64,000 bases of DNA from a bacterium (GCA_031441465.1 JANOEP010000010.1:64001-128000); one strand, 5' to 3'; numbered from the stretch's first letter, positions 9,629 through 20,710 are shown. The notes: a model not told the origin generated them from the letters alone. Made by a program: numbers and translations.

Positions 9629-11527
9629 TCAAGTGGCCGCGCGGGCCCGTCCCGCGCGGCAGCGCAGGCGGACCCGGTCCGCGATGGCTGCCGCGTCGAG
9701 ACCGACGCTGTGCAGGATCACGTCCCGCGCGGCCTGGTCGAGGAAACGGTCGGGCAGACCGAGGGTCAGCACGTCGGGCAGGGCGTCGCCGCCCCGCGCG
9801 GCCGCCCACTCGAGCACGGCGGCGCCCAGGCCGCCGACGATGGTGTTCTCCTCCACGGTGACCGCGAGGGTGCCGGAGACCATGACCCGCTGCAGCAGTT
9901 CGGCGTCCAGCGGCTTGATGAACCGCATGTTGACCACGCCGACGGACAGGCCGCCGGCCTCCAGGAGCGCGGCCGCTTCGAGGCTGGGCGCCACCATGCT
10001 GCCGGCGGCGAGCAGCCACACGTCGCGCCCCTCGCGCAGGACCTCGGCGCGGCCGATCTCCAGGGGCGGGGCCTCTGCCGGCAAGGGGTGTCCGGGACCC
10101 GCGCCGCGGGGGTAGCGCAAGGCGCTCGGCCCGTCGTCGCGGGCCAAACCCGTGGCGAGCATGCGCCGCAGTTCCTGCTCGTCGCGCGGCGCCATGAGCA
10201 CGAGGTTCGGCACCGCCCGCAGGTAGCTGAGGTCGAAGGCGCCGTGGTGGGTCGGACCGTCCTCCCCCACCACCCCGCCGCGGTCGACGGCGAACACCAC
10301 CGGCAGCTTTTGCAGCGCCACGTCGTGGATGACCTGGTCGTAGGCCCGTTGCAGAAACGTCGAGTAGACCGCGACCACGGGGCGCATGCCCGCGCAGGCC
10401 AGGCCGGCGGCGAAGGTGACGGCGTGCTGCTCGGCGATGCCCACGTCGAAGAAGCGGTCGGGGTAGCGATCGCGGAACGCCTTGAGACCCGTGCCTTCGG
10501 GCATGGCCGCGGTGATGGCCACGACCCGCGGGTCGGCCGCCGCCGCTTCCAGCATCGCGCGGCTGAAGATGTCCGTGTAGCTGGGCACCGGCGTCGACGA
10601 CGGCTTGAGTCCCTCGGCCTTGTCGAATTTTCCGACGCCGTGGTAGCGGGCGCGGTCCTCTTCCGCGAAGGCGTAGCCCTTGCCCTTCTGGGTGACGACG
10701 TGGATCAGCACGGGGCCCTTGAGCTTGCGCACCGCCTGCAGGGTCTGCACCAGCAGCGGCAGGTCGTGCCCGTCGATGGGGCCGAAGTAGCTGAAACCCA
10801 GCTCCTCGAACAGGATCGTCGGGACGACGACCTGCTTCAGGCCCTCCTTGATCCGGCTCGCCAGCTTCTGGGCGAGCTGCCCGCGGGGGAACTTGCCCAG
10901 CATGTTCCAGAGGTCGGCCTCGAAGCGTGTGTAGACCTGGCCGGACGTGATCTTGGTCAGGTACTTGGCGATGGCCCCGACGTTGGGCGAGATGCTCATC
11001 TCGTTGTCGTTCAGGATCACGATGAGGTCCGACTGCAGCTGGCCGGCGTTGTTGAGGCCCTCGTAGGCCAGGCCGCCGGTCAGGGCGCCGTCGCCGATGA
11101 CGGCGATGACGGATTCGTCGCCGCCGTGCAGGTCCCTGGCCTTGGCGAATCCCAGGGCGGCGCTGATCGAGGTGCTGGCGTGGCCGACGCCGAAGTGGTC
11201 GTGGAGGCTCTCGCAGCGCTTGGGGAAGCCGCTGATCCCCGCCTCCTGGCGCAACGTCCCGAAGGCGGTCCGCCGGCCCGTCAGCAGCTTGTGCCCGTAG
11301 GCCTGATGGCCGACGTCCCAGATGATCTTGTCGCGCGGCGAACGGAAGACGTGGTGCAGCGCCACGGTCAGTTCGACCACGCCGAGGCTGGCCCCGAGGT
11401 GGCCGCCCGTCGAAGCCACGGTGGTGATGATCTCGTCGCGCAGTTCGGCGCACACCTTTTCCAGTTCGGCGGGCGCCAGACCGGCCAGGGCGTCGGGAAG
11501 TTCGAGGCTGTCGAGGATGCGCGTCAT
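9629..11527 (-). CDS. dxs: 1-deoxy-D-xylulose-5-phosphate synthase
   Basis: GGHLGASLG, WDVGHQAY, GDGALTGG...LNDN TPP motif, DVGIAEQH, GEDGPTH. Confidence 0.97.
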   Translation of the reverse strand: MTRILDSLELPDALAGLAPAELEKVCAELRDEIITTVASTGGHLGASLGVVELTVALHHVFRSPRDKIIWDVGHQAYGHKLLTGRRTAFGTLRQEAGISGFPKRCESLHDHFGVGHASTSISAALGFAKARDLHGGDESVIAVIGDGALTGGLAYEGLNNAGQLQSDLIVILNDNEMSISPNVGAIAKYLTKITSGQVYTRFEADLWNMLGKFPRGQLAQKLASRIKEGLKQVVVPTILFEELGFSYFGPIDGHDLPLLVQTLQAVRKLKGPVLIHVVTQKGKGYAFAEEDRARYHGVGKFDKAEGLKPSSTPVPSYTDIFSRAMLEAAAADPRVVAITAAMPEGTGLKAFRDRYPDRFFDVGIAEQHAVTFAAGLACAGMRPVVAVYSTFLQRAYDQVIHDVALQKLPVVFAVDRGGVVGEDGPTHHGAFDLSYLRAVPNLVLMAPRDEQELRRMLATGLARDDGPSALRYPRGAGPGHPLPAEAPPLEIGRAEVLREGRDVWLLAAGSMVAPSLEAAALLEAGGLSVGVVNMRFIKPLDAELLQRVMVSGTLAVTVEENTIVGGLGAAVLEWAAARGGDALPDVLTLGLPDRFLDQAARDVILHSVGLDAAAIADRVRLRCRAGRARAAT

Positions 11528-11645
11528 CGGCCCCGCCGGCCGGCGGACCGGCCCTGATTGGTGTGGCGTCGTCCGGGCCGGAGCCCGGGCGTGAACAGGG
11601 ACAGAACATAGCCCGGCCCGGGTGCGGGCCGCAACCGAAGCTTGG

Positions 11646-12569
11646 TCAACGGTCACGCTCCCAGAGCAGGCCCACCAGCGCCAGCAGTCGGGCGCTTTCC
11701 GGATTCGGCGGCAGGATCTGCCGCAGCAGGCGGGTGCCGCGGCGTCCGAGCCGGGCGGTGCGGTCCCGCGCCGCGGCGGCGCCTTCCCAACGGACCCACG
11801 TGGCTTTGTCCTGGGCCGCGTCCTTGCCGGGGGTCTTGCCGAGGGACGCCGTCGACCCCTCGACGTCGAGCAGGTCGTCGGCCGCCTGGAAGGCCAGCCC
11901 CAGTACACGCCCGGCGCGGTCGGCGGCCGCCGCCGCGGCGGCGTCGCGACCGGCCAGCAGGGCGCCCATGGCCAGCGGGGCGCCGATGAGCCTTGCCGTT
12001 TTTCCTGCGTGGATGCGCCGCACCAACCCAGCCGTCAAGGGTCGGCCCGCCGCATCGAGGTCTTCCTGCTGTCCTCCCACCATGCCCGCCGGGCCGGCCG
12101 CCGCGGCGGCGATCCGCACCAGGTCGGCGCCGCGGCGCGGGATGCCGGCCAGGATCTCGAAGGCCAGGGCCTGCAGCGCGTCGCCGGCCAGGATGGCGGT
12201 CGCTTCGTCGAAGGCGACGTGGCAGGTCGGCCGGCCGCGGCGCAGGTCGTCGTCGTCCATCGCCGGCAGGTCGTCGTGGATGAGCGAGTACGTGTGGATC
12301 ATCTCGAGGGCGACGGCCGCCGCCAGGGCTTCGTCGCGCGGCGCCGCCCGCGGCGTGCGCAGGGCGTCGTAGGTCCACAGCAGCAGCAGGGGGCGCAGGC
12401 ACTTGCCGCCGCCGAGCAGCGAGTGCGCCATGGCCCGGCGCAGCCGCGGCGGGAACCCCGGGCGCGGCGCCAGTCCCCGCCGCAGGGCCGCCCTGATCAG
12501 GCGCCGGTCGGCGGCCAGGGCCGCGGACAGCCCATCGGTGGTCGAGCCGGCGGTTGCGACCTTGCTCAT
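11646..12569 (-). CDS. ispA: Polyprenyl (farnesyl/geranylgeranyl) diphosphate synthase
   Basis: SLIHDDLPAMDDDDLRRG (FARM), FQAADDLLD (SARM), GKTPGKD. Confidence 0.92.
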   Translation of the reverse strand: MSKVATAGSTTDGLSAALAADRRLIRAALRRGLAPRPGFPPRLRRAMAHSLLGGGKCLRPLLLLWTYDALRTPRAAPRDEALAAAVALEMIHTYSLIHDDLPAMDDDDLRRGRPTCHVAFDEATAILAGDALQALAFEILAGIPRRGADLVRIAAAAAGPAGMVGGQQEDLDAAGRPLTAGLVRRIHAGKTARLIGAPLAMGALLAGRDAAAAAAADRAGRVLGLAFQAADDLLDVEGSTASLGKTPGKDAAQDKATWVRWEGAAAARDRTARLGRRGTRLLRQILPPNPESARLLALVGLLWERDR

Positions 12570-13444
12570 GCGATCGCCGCCCGGCGGGCCGCCGCCTCGA
12601 AGGTGTTGCGCATCAGCATGGCGATGGTCATCAGGCCGATCCCGCCCGGCACCGGGGTGTAGGCGGAGGCCCAGCCGTCCATGGCCTCGGGCGCGACGTC
12701 GCCCGCGAGGCGGTGCCCCTTGTCGGACGCCGGGTCGGCCACCCGGTTGATGCCGACGTCGACGACCACGGCGCCGCGCGCGACATGGCGGCGGTCGAGG
12801 AAAGCCGGCACGCCCAGGGCCGCGACGACGATCTCGCAGCCGGAGGTGAGCCGGGCCAGCTCCGGGGTGCGCGAATGGCAGAGGGTGACGGTCGCGTCGC
12901 CCCCCTCACCCTTGCGCGACAGGAGCATCGACAGCGGCCGGCCCACGATCACGCTCCGCCCGACGATCGCCACGTGGCGACCGGCCACGCCGATCCCGTA
13001 GTGCGCGAGCAGCACCGTCACGCCCAGCGGCGTGCAGGGCACGATCCCCGGCGTCCCGGCCAGCAGGCGGCCCAGGTTTTCCGGGTGGAAGCCGTCGACG
13101 TCCTTTTCGGGCGCGACGGCGCCCTGGATCCGGGCGGCCGACAGCGGCGGCGGCAGGGGGACCTGCACCAGGATGCCGTGGATCTCCGGATCGCGGTTGA
13201 GGTGCGCGACGAGATCGAGCAACTCCGGCTCGGACGTGTCGGCCGGCAGGCGGTGGGTCACGTGGTGGAAGCCCAGCGCCTCGCAGGCCTTGCCCTTGCT
13301 GCGCACGTAGACCTGCGAGGCGGGATCGTCGCCGACCAGGACCACGGCCAGCCCCGGCCGCAGCCCGGTCGCGGCGGTCCGGGCGCGCAGGTCGTCGAAC
13401 ACCGCGTCGCGAACCGCGGCGCCGGCGAGGCACAGGCTCGACAT
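12566..13444 (-). CDS. folD: Methylenetetrahydrofolate dehydrogenase/cyclohydrolase
   Basis: YVRSK, EKDVDGFHPEN, PCTP, GRSVIVGRP, DVGINR, TPVPGGIG. Confidence 0.97.
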   Translation of the reverse strand: MSSLCLAGAAVRDAVFDDLRARTAATGLRPGLAVVLVGDDPASQVYVRSKGKACEALGFHHVTHRLPADTSEPELLDLVAHLNRDPEIHGILVQVPLPPPLSAARIQGAVAPEKDVDGFHPENLGRLLAGTPGIVPCTPLGVTVLLAHYGIGVAGRHVAIVGRSVIVGRPLSMLLSRKGEGGDATVTLCHSRTPELARLTSGCEIVVAALGVPAFLDRRHVARGAVVVDVGINRVADPASDKGHRLAGDVAPEAMDGWASAYTPVPGGIGLMTIAMLMRNTFEAAARRAAIA

Positions 13445-13457
13445 CGGTGGACCTCCG

Positions 13458-15020
13458 TCAGCGGGCGAACGCCACGGCGCGCGTCTCCCGCAGCACCATG
13501 ATCTTGATCTGTCCGGGGTACTCCAGCTCGCCCTCGACCCGCCGGCTGATCTCCTCGGCCAGGACGACCGCTTCGGCGTCCGAGACCAGGCTGTGGTTGA
13601 CCAGGATGCGCACCTCGCGCCCGGCCTGGATGGCGTAGGACTTTTCCACGCCTTCGAAGCTGTCGGCGATCCGTTCGAGGCTTTCGAGGCGCTTGACGTA
13701 GTTGTCGAGGCTCTCGCGGCGGGCGCCCGGGCGCGACGCCGACACCGCGTCGGCCGCCGAAGTGAGGAAGGTGTAGACCGACTCGGCGTCGACGTCCTGG
13801 TGGTGGCCCTCGACGGCGTTGATCACCACGGTGCTCTCCCCCAGCTTGCGCAGCAGCTTGCCGCCGATCAGGGCGTGGGGTCCGTCGACCTCGTGATCGG
13901 CGGCCTTGCCGATGTCGTGCAGGAAGCCGCAGCGGCGGGCGATCTTGGGGTCGAGGCCGAGTTCCCCGGCGATCATCGCCGAGATCGCGGCCACCTCCTT
14001 GCAGTGCAGCAGCAGGTTCTGGCCGTAGCTGGTCCGGTAGTGCAGGCGCCCGATGTAGGGGTGCAGCTGCGGGTTGACGCTGGTCAGGCCGAGTTCGAGG
14101 CAGGCCTGCTCGCCGATGTCGCGGACACGCTCCTGCATCTCGGCCGTGGCCTTCTGGACGACCTCTTCGATGCGGCCCGGATGGATGCGGCCGTCGCGGA
14201 TGAGCTGCTGCAGCGACTGGCAGGCGATCTCCCGGCGGACCGGGTCGAAGCCGGAGATGATCACCGCTTCGGGGGTGTCGTCGATGATCACATCGACGCC
14301 GGTGGCCAGCTCGAAGGCGCGGATGTTGCGCCCCTCGCGCCCGATGATCCGCCCCTTCATGTCGTCGTTGGGCAGGTCGACGACCGAGACCGACATCTCG
14401 GCGATGTGCTCGGATGCGTAGCGCTGGACCGCCAAGCCGATGATCTGCTGCGATTCGCGGCGGGATTTGCGCTCCGCCTCCTCGCGGACTTCCTTGACCG
14501 TCCGGGCCGCGTTCATCCTGGCCTCGGCGATCATCTTCTCCTCGAGCTGCTGACGCGCCTTCTCGGCGCTCAGGCCGGCGATCTGCTCGAGGCGCTGCCG
14601 CTGCTCGTGCTGCAGGCGGACCCCGTCCTCGCGCATCGCGGCCACGTCGTCGAGGGCGGCCTTGAGTTCCAGGTCGCGCTTTTCGAGCTTGGCTTCCTTC
14701 TGGTCGATGTAGGCGACCTTCTTGTCGAGGCCACCGTCGCGCTGGTCCAGGAATTCCGTGCGTTTGGCCAGTTCGCGCCGGGTGTCCTCGGTTTCGGTCT
14801 CGAAGCGCCGGCGGGACTGGAACAGTTCTTCGCGGGCGCTCAATTCGGCGGATTTCAGGAGGCTCTGCGCCTCGCGCTTGGCCTCGTCGAGGACCCGCGC
14901 GCTGCGCTGCTCGGCGTCGCCGTTGAGGCGGTCGTAGCGCGATTTGTGGAGGAACCAGCCGAGGACGAGGCAGGCGCCCGCGAAGAGCGCTCCCCCGACC
15001 GCGACGATGGTCGTCGTCAT
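13458..15020 (-). CDS. rny: Ribonuclease Y
   Basis: N-terminal TM helix, coiled coil, KH domain KGRIIGREGRNIR, HD domain LHDIGK, AIQAGRE. Confidence 0.97.
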   Translation of the reverse strand: MTTTIVAVGGALFAGACLVLGWFLHKSRYDRLNGDAEQRSARVLDEAKREAQSLLKSAELSAREELFQSRRRFETETEDTRRELAKRTEFLDQRDGGLDKKVAYIDQKEAKLEKRDLELKAALDDVAAMREDGVRLQHEQRQRLEQIAGLSAEKARQQLEEKMIAEARMNAARTVKEVREEAERKSRRESQQIIGLAVQRYASEHIAEMSVSVVDLPNDDMKGRIIGREGRNIRAFELATGVDVIIDDTPEAVIISGFDPVRREIACQSLQQLIRDGRIHPGRIEEVVQKATAEMQERVRDIGEQACLELGLTSVNPQLHPYIGRLHYRTSYGQNLLLHCKEVAAISAMIAGELGLDPKIARRCGFLHDIGKAADHEVDGPHALIGGKLLRKLGESTVVINAVEGHHQDVDAESVYTFLTSAADAVSASRPGARRESLDNYVKRLESLERIADSFEGVEKSYAIQAGREVRILVNHSLVSDAEAVVLAEEISRRVEGELEYPGQIKIMVLRETRAVAFAR

Positions 15021-15092
15021 GATGTATCTCCTTCCGGGAACGGAAGGAAAAAGAGGGGGGCCGGAGGTCGTCGGCAGTGCGGTCTGAATCGA

Positions 15093-15267
15093 GATTCCCC
15101 GCCGGGTCGTGTGGCCGGAAGCAATTGAACCATTGCTTCAGGTCGGGTCTCCTGCCCGCCTCTCCGGCCAACCCTTGCGGGCCCGGCCTCGGGGACGGGA
15201 CACCGGAATCCCATCACGAAATTGTTGGCTCAATGAACGCGACACATCACGGGCCAGGCAGGGAATC
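15093..15267 (-). ncRNA. ssrS: 6S RNA
   Basis: About 175 nt with a closing stem GATTCCCTGCC/GGCGGGGAATC, an AU-rich central bubble (TTGAGCCAACAATT ... TGGTTCAA) and a GC-rich apical stem. Sits in the canonical position right after zapA. Confidence 0.85.
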
Positions 15268-15282
15268 CTTTCCGGTCGATCC

Positions 15283-15576
15283 TCAGAGCTTTTCCATCTC
15301 CTTGTCCAGGAACGCGGTGATCTGCCCTGTCCGCTCGTCGAGCAAAGAGAGGGCCTGCTGATGCTTCTGACGTTCCCGCAGCAACTCGTCGGCCAGATTC
15401 ACCGCGACCAGGATCGCCACCTTGCTGGTGGAGGCCAGGTCGGATTGGTCCGCGATCTCGCGCATCTTCTGGTCGACCAGGGCCGCGACCTTCTGGACAT
15501 AAGCCGGTTCGGCCTCACCCTTGAGGGTGTAGTCGCGGCCGTAGATGGACACCGTCACGCTTCGGGGATCGGTCAT
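15283..15576 (-). CDS. zapA: Cell division protein ZapA
   Basis: VTVSIYGRDYTLKG...YVQKVAALVDQKMREI...KVAILVAVNLADEL. Confidence 0.92.
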   Translation of the reverse strand: MTDPRSVTVSIYGRDYTLKGEAEPAYVQKVAALVDQKMREIADQSDLASTSKVAILVAVNLADELLRERQKHQQALSLLDERTGQITAFLDKEMEKL

Positions 15577-15652
15577 CCTGTGCACTTTCCGACGGCTCCG
15601 GCATCCTGGCGCTCGATCGCGGCCCGCGCCCGGGGCGCAGCCGACGCGATGC

Positions 15653-15925
15653 TCAGTCGATGGACTCGAGCGTCTCCAGGAGGCCTCCCACCTTCTCCTC
15701 GATGAGCCTGCGCTTGTCCTCCCAACGGGCGACAACCGCAGCCTGTTGCCGAGTTTCGGAGAGCTCCCCCTCCGCCCGGCTCACCTGGTCCTTGAGGGCT
15801 TCAACCTGCCGCTCAAGTGCGTCCCGCCGGCTGATCAGGTCCTCGTTCTCAACCTTGAGTTCCTGGATCCGCCGAATGGCGGTCATGACTTTCGCTTCCA
15901 ACAGCTCGAAGCTGTTATCCTGCAT
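15653..15925 (-). CDS. zapB: ZapB-like coiled-coil protein
   Basis: 90 aa, fully coiled coil (LLEAKV...LKVEN...WEDK), located between pheT and zapA. Confidence 0.75.
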   Translation of the reverse strand: MQDNSFELLEAKVMTAIRRIQELKVENEDLISRRDALERQVEALKDQVSRAEGELSETRQQAAVVARWEDKRRLIEEKVGGLLETLESID

Positions 15926-15981
15926 CTCTTGAATCGCTTTCCAGTTAGGGGATCTGATTCGCCGACCACCCGAAGATGCGG

Positions 15982-18441
15982 CTATCCCCTCAACTCAACA
16001 TTCAAGGTCTGGGCGAGCGCCCTCGTGACGGCCTCGACGGCCGCATCGACGGCTTTCCCCTGCAAGCTACCCTTGGCGCTCTGGAACTTCAAGCGAATTC
16101 CACAGGCGGCGCGCCCCTCGCCCAGGCTGGGCCCCCGGTAGATGTCGAACAGGACACAGGACTGCAGCAGCGGCCCCGCCGCGGACCGCACGACCTCTTC
16201 CACCCGGTCGTAACCCACCCCGTCGGGCACCAGCAGCGACAGGTCCCGTTTGGCGGCCGGGAAGCGTGAGAAGGCCGCAAAGCGCGGCGCCGCCGACGCC
16301 AGGTCCAAGCGCCCGAGTTCCAGCTCGCACAGAGCCACCGGAGCGTCCAATTCCATTTCCCGCAGCGTCTTGCGCGCCAGGAGACCGGCGCTGCCGGCGA
16401 GCCGGCCCTGGCCGTCGCTGATCGCCCACTGGCAACCGGACTGCAGGTAGGGCTCCGCGTCGGACGGCGACAGGGTCAGCACGAGCCGCATCTGGGAAGC
16501 GAGCGCTTCGACCAGGCCCTTGATCTCCAGCATCCCGGCGTCGGCGTCGCCCAGGGCCCGGTCGGTGCGGCCGATCACGGCGGCCTGGAGCGTCCAGGTC
16601 TCCTGCGGGAGGCGTCGCTCGTCCTCGTGGCGCACATCCGCCGATCGTTCGCCGCCCGGCAGGTAGGCCTTGTTCAGCTGGAACAGACGGAAGGGCAGGT
16701 CATGGTCCGCGTTCACGTTGTGGCGGGCGATGCGCAGCAGGGACGGCACGAGGGTCGTGCGCAGCAGGGTCTCGGCCCCGGAGTGGGGGTTGCGGACGGC
16801 CAGCATCTCGCGCCGCAGATCGTCGGCCGGCAGCCCGAGGCGGTCCAGGTCGGCGCGCTCCATGAACGAACTGGTGACGACCTCGCTGTAACCGACCGCG
16901 GCCAGGTAGCCGCGCACGGTCTCGGCCAGCTCGTCCTGCTGGCGCCGCCGCACTCCGGCACCGCCGCGGAAGGCCGCGCCGTCGGCGATGTTGTCGAAGC
17001 CGTGCATGCGGGCGATCTCCTCGATGAGATCGACTTCCTCGTGCAGGTCGCGCCGGAAGCTGGGGATGGTGACCATGAACTTGCCGTCGCCCCCTTGCCG
17101 GCCGCCGCTGCGGCCCACGGGTTGCGACTTGAGGCCGATCGACTGCAGGTACGCGAGCATCTCGGACATCGAGAGTTCCGTGCCGAGCAGGCGGTTGGCC
17201 TGGGCGACGCGCATGGTCAGCGGCGCCGGCTCGCGCCGGTCCGGGTTCTGCCGATCCACCACGGTGGGATCGATGCGCGCGCTCGCCAGTTCCTGCAACA
17301 GGTGCAGGGCTCGGTGGGCGGCATCCTCGACCGCTTCCCAATCGGCGCCCCGCTCGAAACGGTAGGAAGCCTCGGTGGACAGCTGGTGACGCTTGGCGCC
17401 GCGGCGCACGGCGCCGGGGTCGAAGTAGGCGCTCTCGAGCAGGATCTCCACCGTGTTGACGTCGACCTGGGAGTCCCCGCCGCCGATCACGCCGGCCAGC
17501 GCGACCGGCCCCGCGGCGTCGGCGATCACGAGGTCGTCGGGCGACAGTTCCCGCACCACGCCGTCGAGGGTGGTGAGCCTGGTGCCGGCCTTGCCGCGCC
17601 GCACGTACAGGCGGTTGCCGGAGAGCTTCTTCAGGTCGAAGGCGTGCAGGGGCTGCCCCAGCTCCAGCAGGACGTAGTTGGTCACGTCCACCACGTTGTT
17701 GATGGGCCGCGCGCCCACCGCGAGCAACCGGTCCTGGAGCCAGCGGGGCGACGGGCCGATCTTCACCCCGCGCGCCACGTGGGCGGTGTACCGCGGGCAG
17801 TCGGCGAAGTCGGCGATCTCGACCGGGAAGTCGGGGCGGTCCCCGCCCGTCTTGGGCGGCGACCAGAGCGCGGGCCCGTCCAGCAGGTGGCCGGAGATGG
17901 CCGCCACCTCGCGGGCGACGCCGAAGTGGCTGAGCCAGTCGGGGCGGTTGGGGGTCACCTCGATGTCCAGCACGGTGTCGCGGCAGCCGATCAGCTCGTC
18001 GGCGGGCGTGCCGGGAACCGGAGTCCCCTCCAAAACCAGGATGCCGTCGCTCTGCGGGGCGAGTTGCAGTTCGACGGCCGAACAGATCATGCCGTGGGAT
18101 TCCACGCCGCGGATCTTGGACTTGCGGATGCGCAGGTCGCCCGGCAGGACGGACCCGACGCGGGCCAGGAACACGTCCTGCCCCGCCTGCACGTTGGCGG
18201 CGCCGCAGACGACCTGCAGCGGCTCCCCCGTGCCATCGTCGACCGTGCAGAGGCTGAGCTTGTCGGCGTCGGGATGGCGGCGGCAGTCGGTCACCCGGGC
18301 CGTGACGACGCCGGGAAACTCGCGCACGTACGGGGTCACGGACTCGACGTTGAGACCGGCCATGGTCAGGCGGTGGGCCAACTCCTCGGGGGCCCATTCC
18401 CACGTCACGAAGTCGCGCAGCCAGTTCAGACTGATCTTCAC
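15982..18441 (-). CDS. pheT: Phenylalanine-tRNA ligase beta subunit
   Basis: GTG start (KISLNWL), HPDADKL, VVCGA, IRGVESHGMICS, VTPNRPD, FERG, FDX-ACB C-terminus. Confidence 0.97.
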   Translation of the reverse strand: MKISLNWLRDFVTWEWAPEELAHRLTMAGLNVESVTPYVREFPGVVTARVTDCRRHPDADKLSLCTVDDGTGEPLQVVCGAANVQAGQDVFLARVGSVLPGDLRIRKSKIRGVESHGMICSAVELQLAPQSDGILVLEGTPVPGTPADELIGCRDTVLDIEVTPNRPDWLSHFGVAREVAAISGHLLDGPALWSPPKTGGDRPDFPVEIADFADCPRYTAHVARGVKIGPSPRWLQDRLLAVGARPINNVVDVTNYVLLELGQPLHAFDLKKLSGNRLYVRRGKAGTRLTTLDGVVRELSPDDLVIADAAGPVALAGVIGGGDSQVDVNTVEILLESAYFDPGAVRRGAKRHQLSTEASYRFERGADWEAVEDAAHRALHLLQELASARIDPTVVDRQNPDRREPAPLTMRVAQANRLLGTELSMSEMLAYLQSIGLKSQPVGRSGGRQGGDGKFMVTIPSFRRDLHEEVDLIEEIARMHGFDNIADGAAFRGGAGVRRRQQDELAETVRGYLAAVGYSEVVTSSFMERADLDRLGLPADDLRREMLAVRNPHSGAETLLRTTLVPSLLRIARHNVNADHDLPFRLFQLNKAYLPGGERSADVRHEDERRLPQETWTLQAAVIGRTDRALGDADAGMLEIKGLVEALASQMRLVLTLSPSDAEPYLQSGCQWAISDGQGRLAGSAGLLARKTLREMELDAPVALCELELGRLDLASAAPRFAAFSRFPAAKRDLSLLVPDGVGYDRVEEVVRSAAGPLLQSCVLFDIYRGPSLGEGRAACGIRLKFQSAKGSLQGKAVDAAVEAVTRALAQTLNVELRG

Positions 18442-19466
18442 CGCACACCCCGGAACTGATGGAGGAAGCGCAGGTCGTTCTCGTACAGCAGGCGGATGTC
18501 GTCGATGCCGTAGCGCAGCATGGCGATGCGGTCGATCCCCAGCCCGAAGGCGAACCCCGTGTAGGCGTCCCGCTCGTAGCCGGCGGCGGCGAACACGTTG
18601 GGGTGCACCATGCCGGCTCCCATGATCTCGATCCAGCCCGTGCGCCCGCAGACGTTGCAGCCGGCGCCGGCGCAGGCGAAGCAGCGCATGTCCACCTCGA
18701 CCGACGGCTCGGTGAAGGGGAAGAAGTGCGGCCGGAAACGGATGGTGCATTCGGAGCCGTACAGCAGGCGCAGGAACTCGCGCACGGTCGTCTTGAGGTC
18801 GGCCAGCGTGACGTCCTTGTCCACGCAGAGGCCCTCGATCTGGAAGAACTCGGCGGCGTGCGAGGCGTCGATCGCCTCGTTGCGGTACACGCGGCCGGGC
18901 GCGACGATCGCCAGCGGGGGGCGGTGCCGCTCCATGAAGCGCACCTGCACCGGCGACGTCTGCGTGCGCAGCAGCAGCTGGTCGTCGATGTAGAACGTGT
19001 CCTGGCTGTCGCGGGCCGGGTGGTCGTCGGGGAAGTTCAGGGCCGTGAAGTTGTACCAGTCGAGTTCGACATCCGGGCCGCCGGCCACGCTGAAACCCAT
19101 GCCGTGGAAGATGTCGCAGACTTCGCGCACGATCGCGGGCAGGGGGTGCAGCGAGCCCGCGGGGGCGGGCGGCGTGCCGGGCAGGCTCAGGTCCGCGCCG
19201 GCGCCGACGATGCGGTCGCCGGCCGTCAGCAGGCCCTCCGTCTTGTGCAGCAGGGCGTCCTCGAGTTCCTGCTTCAGCACGTTGAGGGCCGCACCCGCGG
19301 CGGGCCGCTCCGCGTCGGGCACCTCGCGCAAACCGCGCAGCAGCCCGGTCAAGGAACCCTTGCGCCCGAACAGCGCGATCCGCACCTGCTCGATGGCCGG
19401 TTCCGTATCCGCGCCCTCGATCAGGGCGAGGCCTTCGGCACGCAGGCGGTCCAGCGTCTCCCGCAT
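18438..19466 (-). CDS. pheS: Phenylalanine-tRNA ligase alpha subunit
   Basis: HPARDSQDTFY, LRTQTSPVQ, FFPFTEPS, GFAFGLGIDRIAML. Confidence 0.98.
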   Translation of the reverse strand: MRETLDRLRAEGLALIEGADTEPAIEQVRIALFGRKGSLTGLLRGLREVPDAERPAAGAALNVLKQELEDALLHKTEGLLTAGDRIVGAGADLSLPGTPPAPAGSLHPLPAIVREVCDIFHGMGFSVAGGPDVELDWYNFTALNFPDDHPARDSQDTFYIDDQLLLRTQTSPVQVRFMERHRPPLAIVAPGRVYRNEAIDASHAAEFFQIEGLCVDKDVTLADLKTTVREFLRLLYGSECTIRFRPHFFPFTEPSVEVDMRCFACAGAGCNVCGRTGWIEIMGAGMVHPNVFAAAGYERDAYTGFAFGLGIDRIAMLRYGIDDIRLLYENDLRFLHQFRGVR

Positions 19467-19488
19467 CGCTCCTCCTCGTCGTGCGCGG

Positions 19489-19842
19489 CTACAGTGCGGC
19501 GCGTGCCGCTTCGGCCAGCTTGGCGAAGCTGTCCATGTCGCGGACGGCGAGGTCGGCCAGCTGCTTGCGGTCGATCTCGATGCTGGCCTTCTTCAGGCCG
19601 CTGATGAGGTGGCTGTAGCTCAGACCGTGGATGCGGGCCGCGGCGTTGATGCGGATGATCCAGAGGCGGCGGAAGTCCCGCTTGCGCCGCTTGCGGTCGC
19701 GGTACTCGGACACCAGCCCGCGCTCGACCTGCTGGCGGGCCATCCGGAACTGGTTGCCGCGGCCGGCCACGTTCCCGCTGGCCGCCTTCATCACCTTGTT
19801 GCGCTTCGCGTGCGCCGCGGGGTTGTTCCTCGCTCTCGACAT
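19489..19842 (-). CDS. rplT: 50S ribosomal protein L20
   Basis: [34 protein letters not shown]. Confidence 0.97.
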   Translation of the reverse strand: MSRARNNPAAHAKRNKVMKAASGNVAGRGNQFRMARQQVERGLVSEYRDRKRRKRDFRRLWIIRINAAARIHGLSYSHLISGLKKASIEIDRKQLADLAVRDMDSFAKLAEAARAAL

Positions 19843-19902
19843 GTCTCTATCTCCTGCTCGGGTTGGGAGGTCCTGCCTGTCGCCTTCCCGGCGACGGCAA
19901 TT

Positions 19903-20106
19903 CTACTTGCCGGCCAGCATCCGGTCGACGCGGCCCAGATCGGCGCGGTCGAGCATGGCCGTCTTGCGCAGGCTGCGCTTGCGCTTGGGGCTCTTGGCCG
20001 TGAACAGGTGCCCGTGGTAGGCGTGGCTGCGCTTGACGCCGCCGGAGCCGGTGCGCTTGAAGCGCTTCGCGGCGGAGCGGTTGGTCTTCATCTTCGGACC
20101 CTTCAT
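19903..20106 (-). CDS. rpmI: 50S ribosomal protein L35
   Basis: [19 protein letters not shown]. Confidence 0.96.
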   Translation of the reverse strand: MKGPKMKTNRSAAKRFKRTGSGGVKRSHAYHGHLFTAKSPKRKRSLRKTAMLDRADLGRVDRMLAGK

Positions 20107-20188
20107 GATGTCTCACCTTTCACACGCGGCGCGTGACCATGACCGGAGGGGCCGCGCCGTGCCGCTCCCGTCGCTGCGTTGGCGATCC

Positions 20189-20710
<522 letters not shown>

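Noticed and set aside
8730..11609. Apparent long N-terminal extensions or fusions in the ORF track (nadK 959 aa, pheT 922 aa, ino1 901 aa, rnc 713 aa)
   Set aside because: The extensions overlap neighbouring genes in other frames and are low-complexity Arg/Pro/Gly. True starts with an RBS or stop overlap lie downstream.
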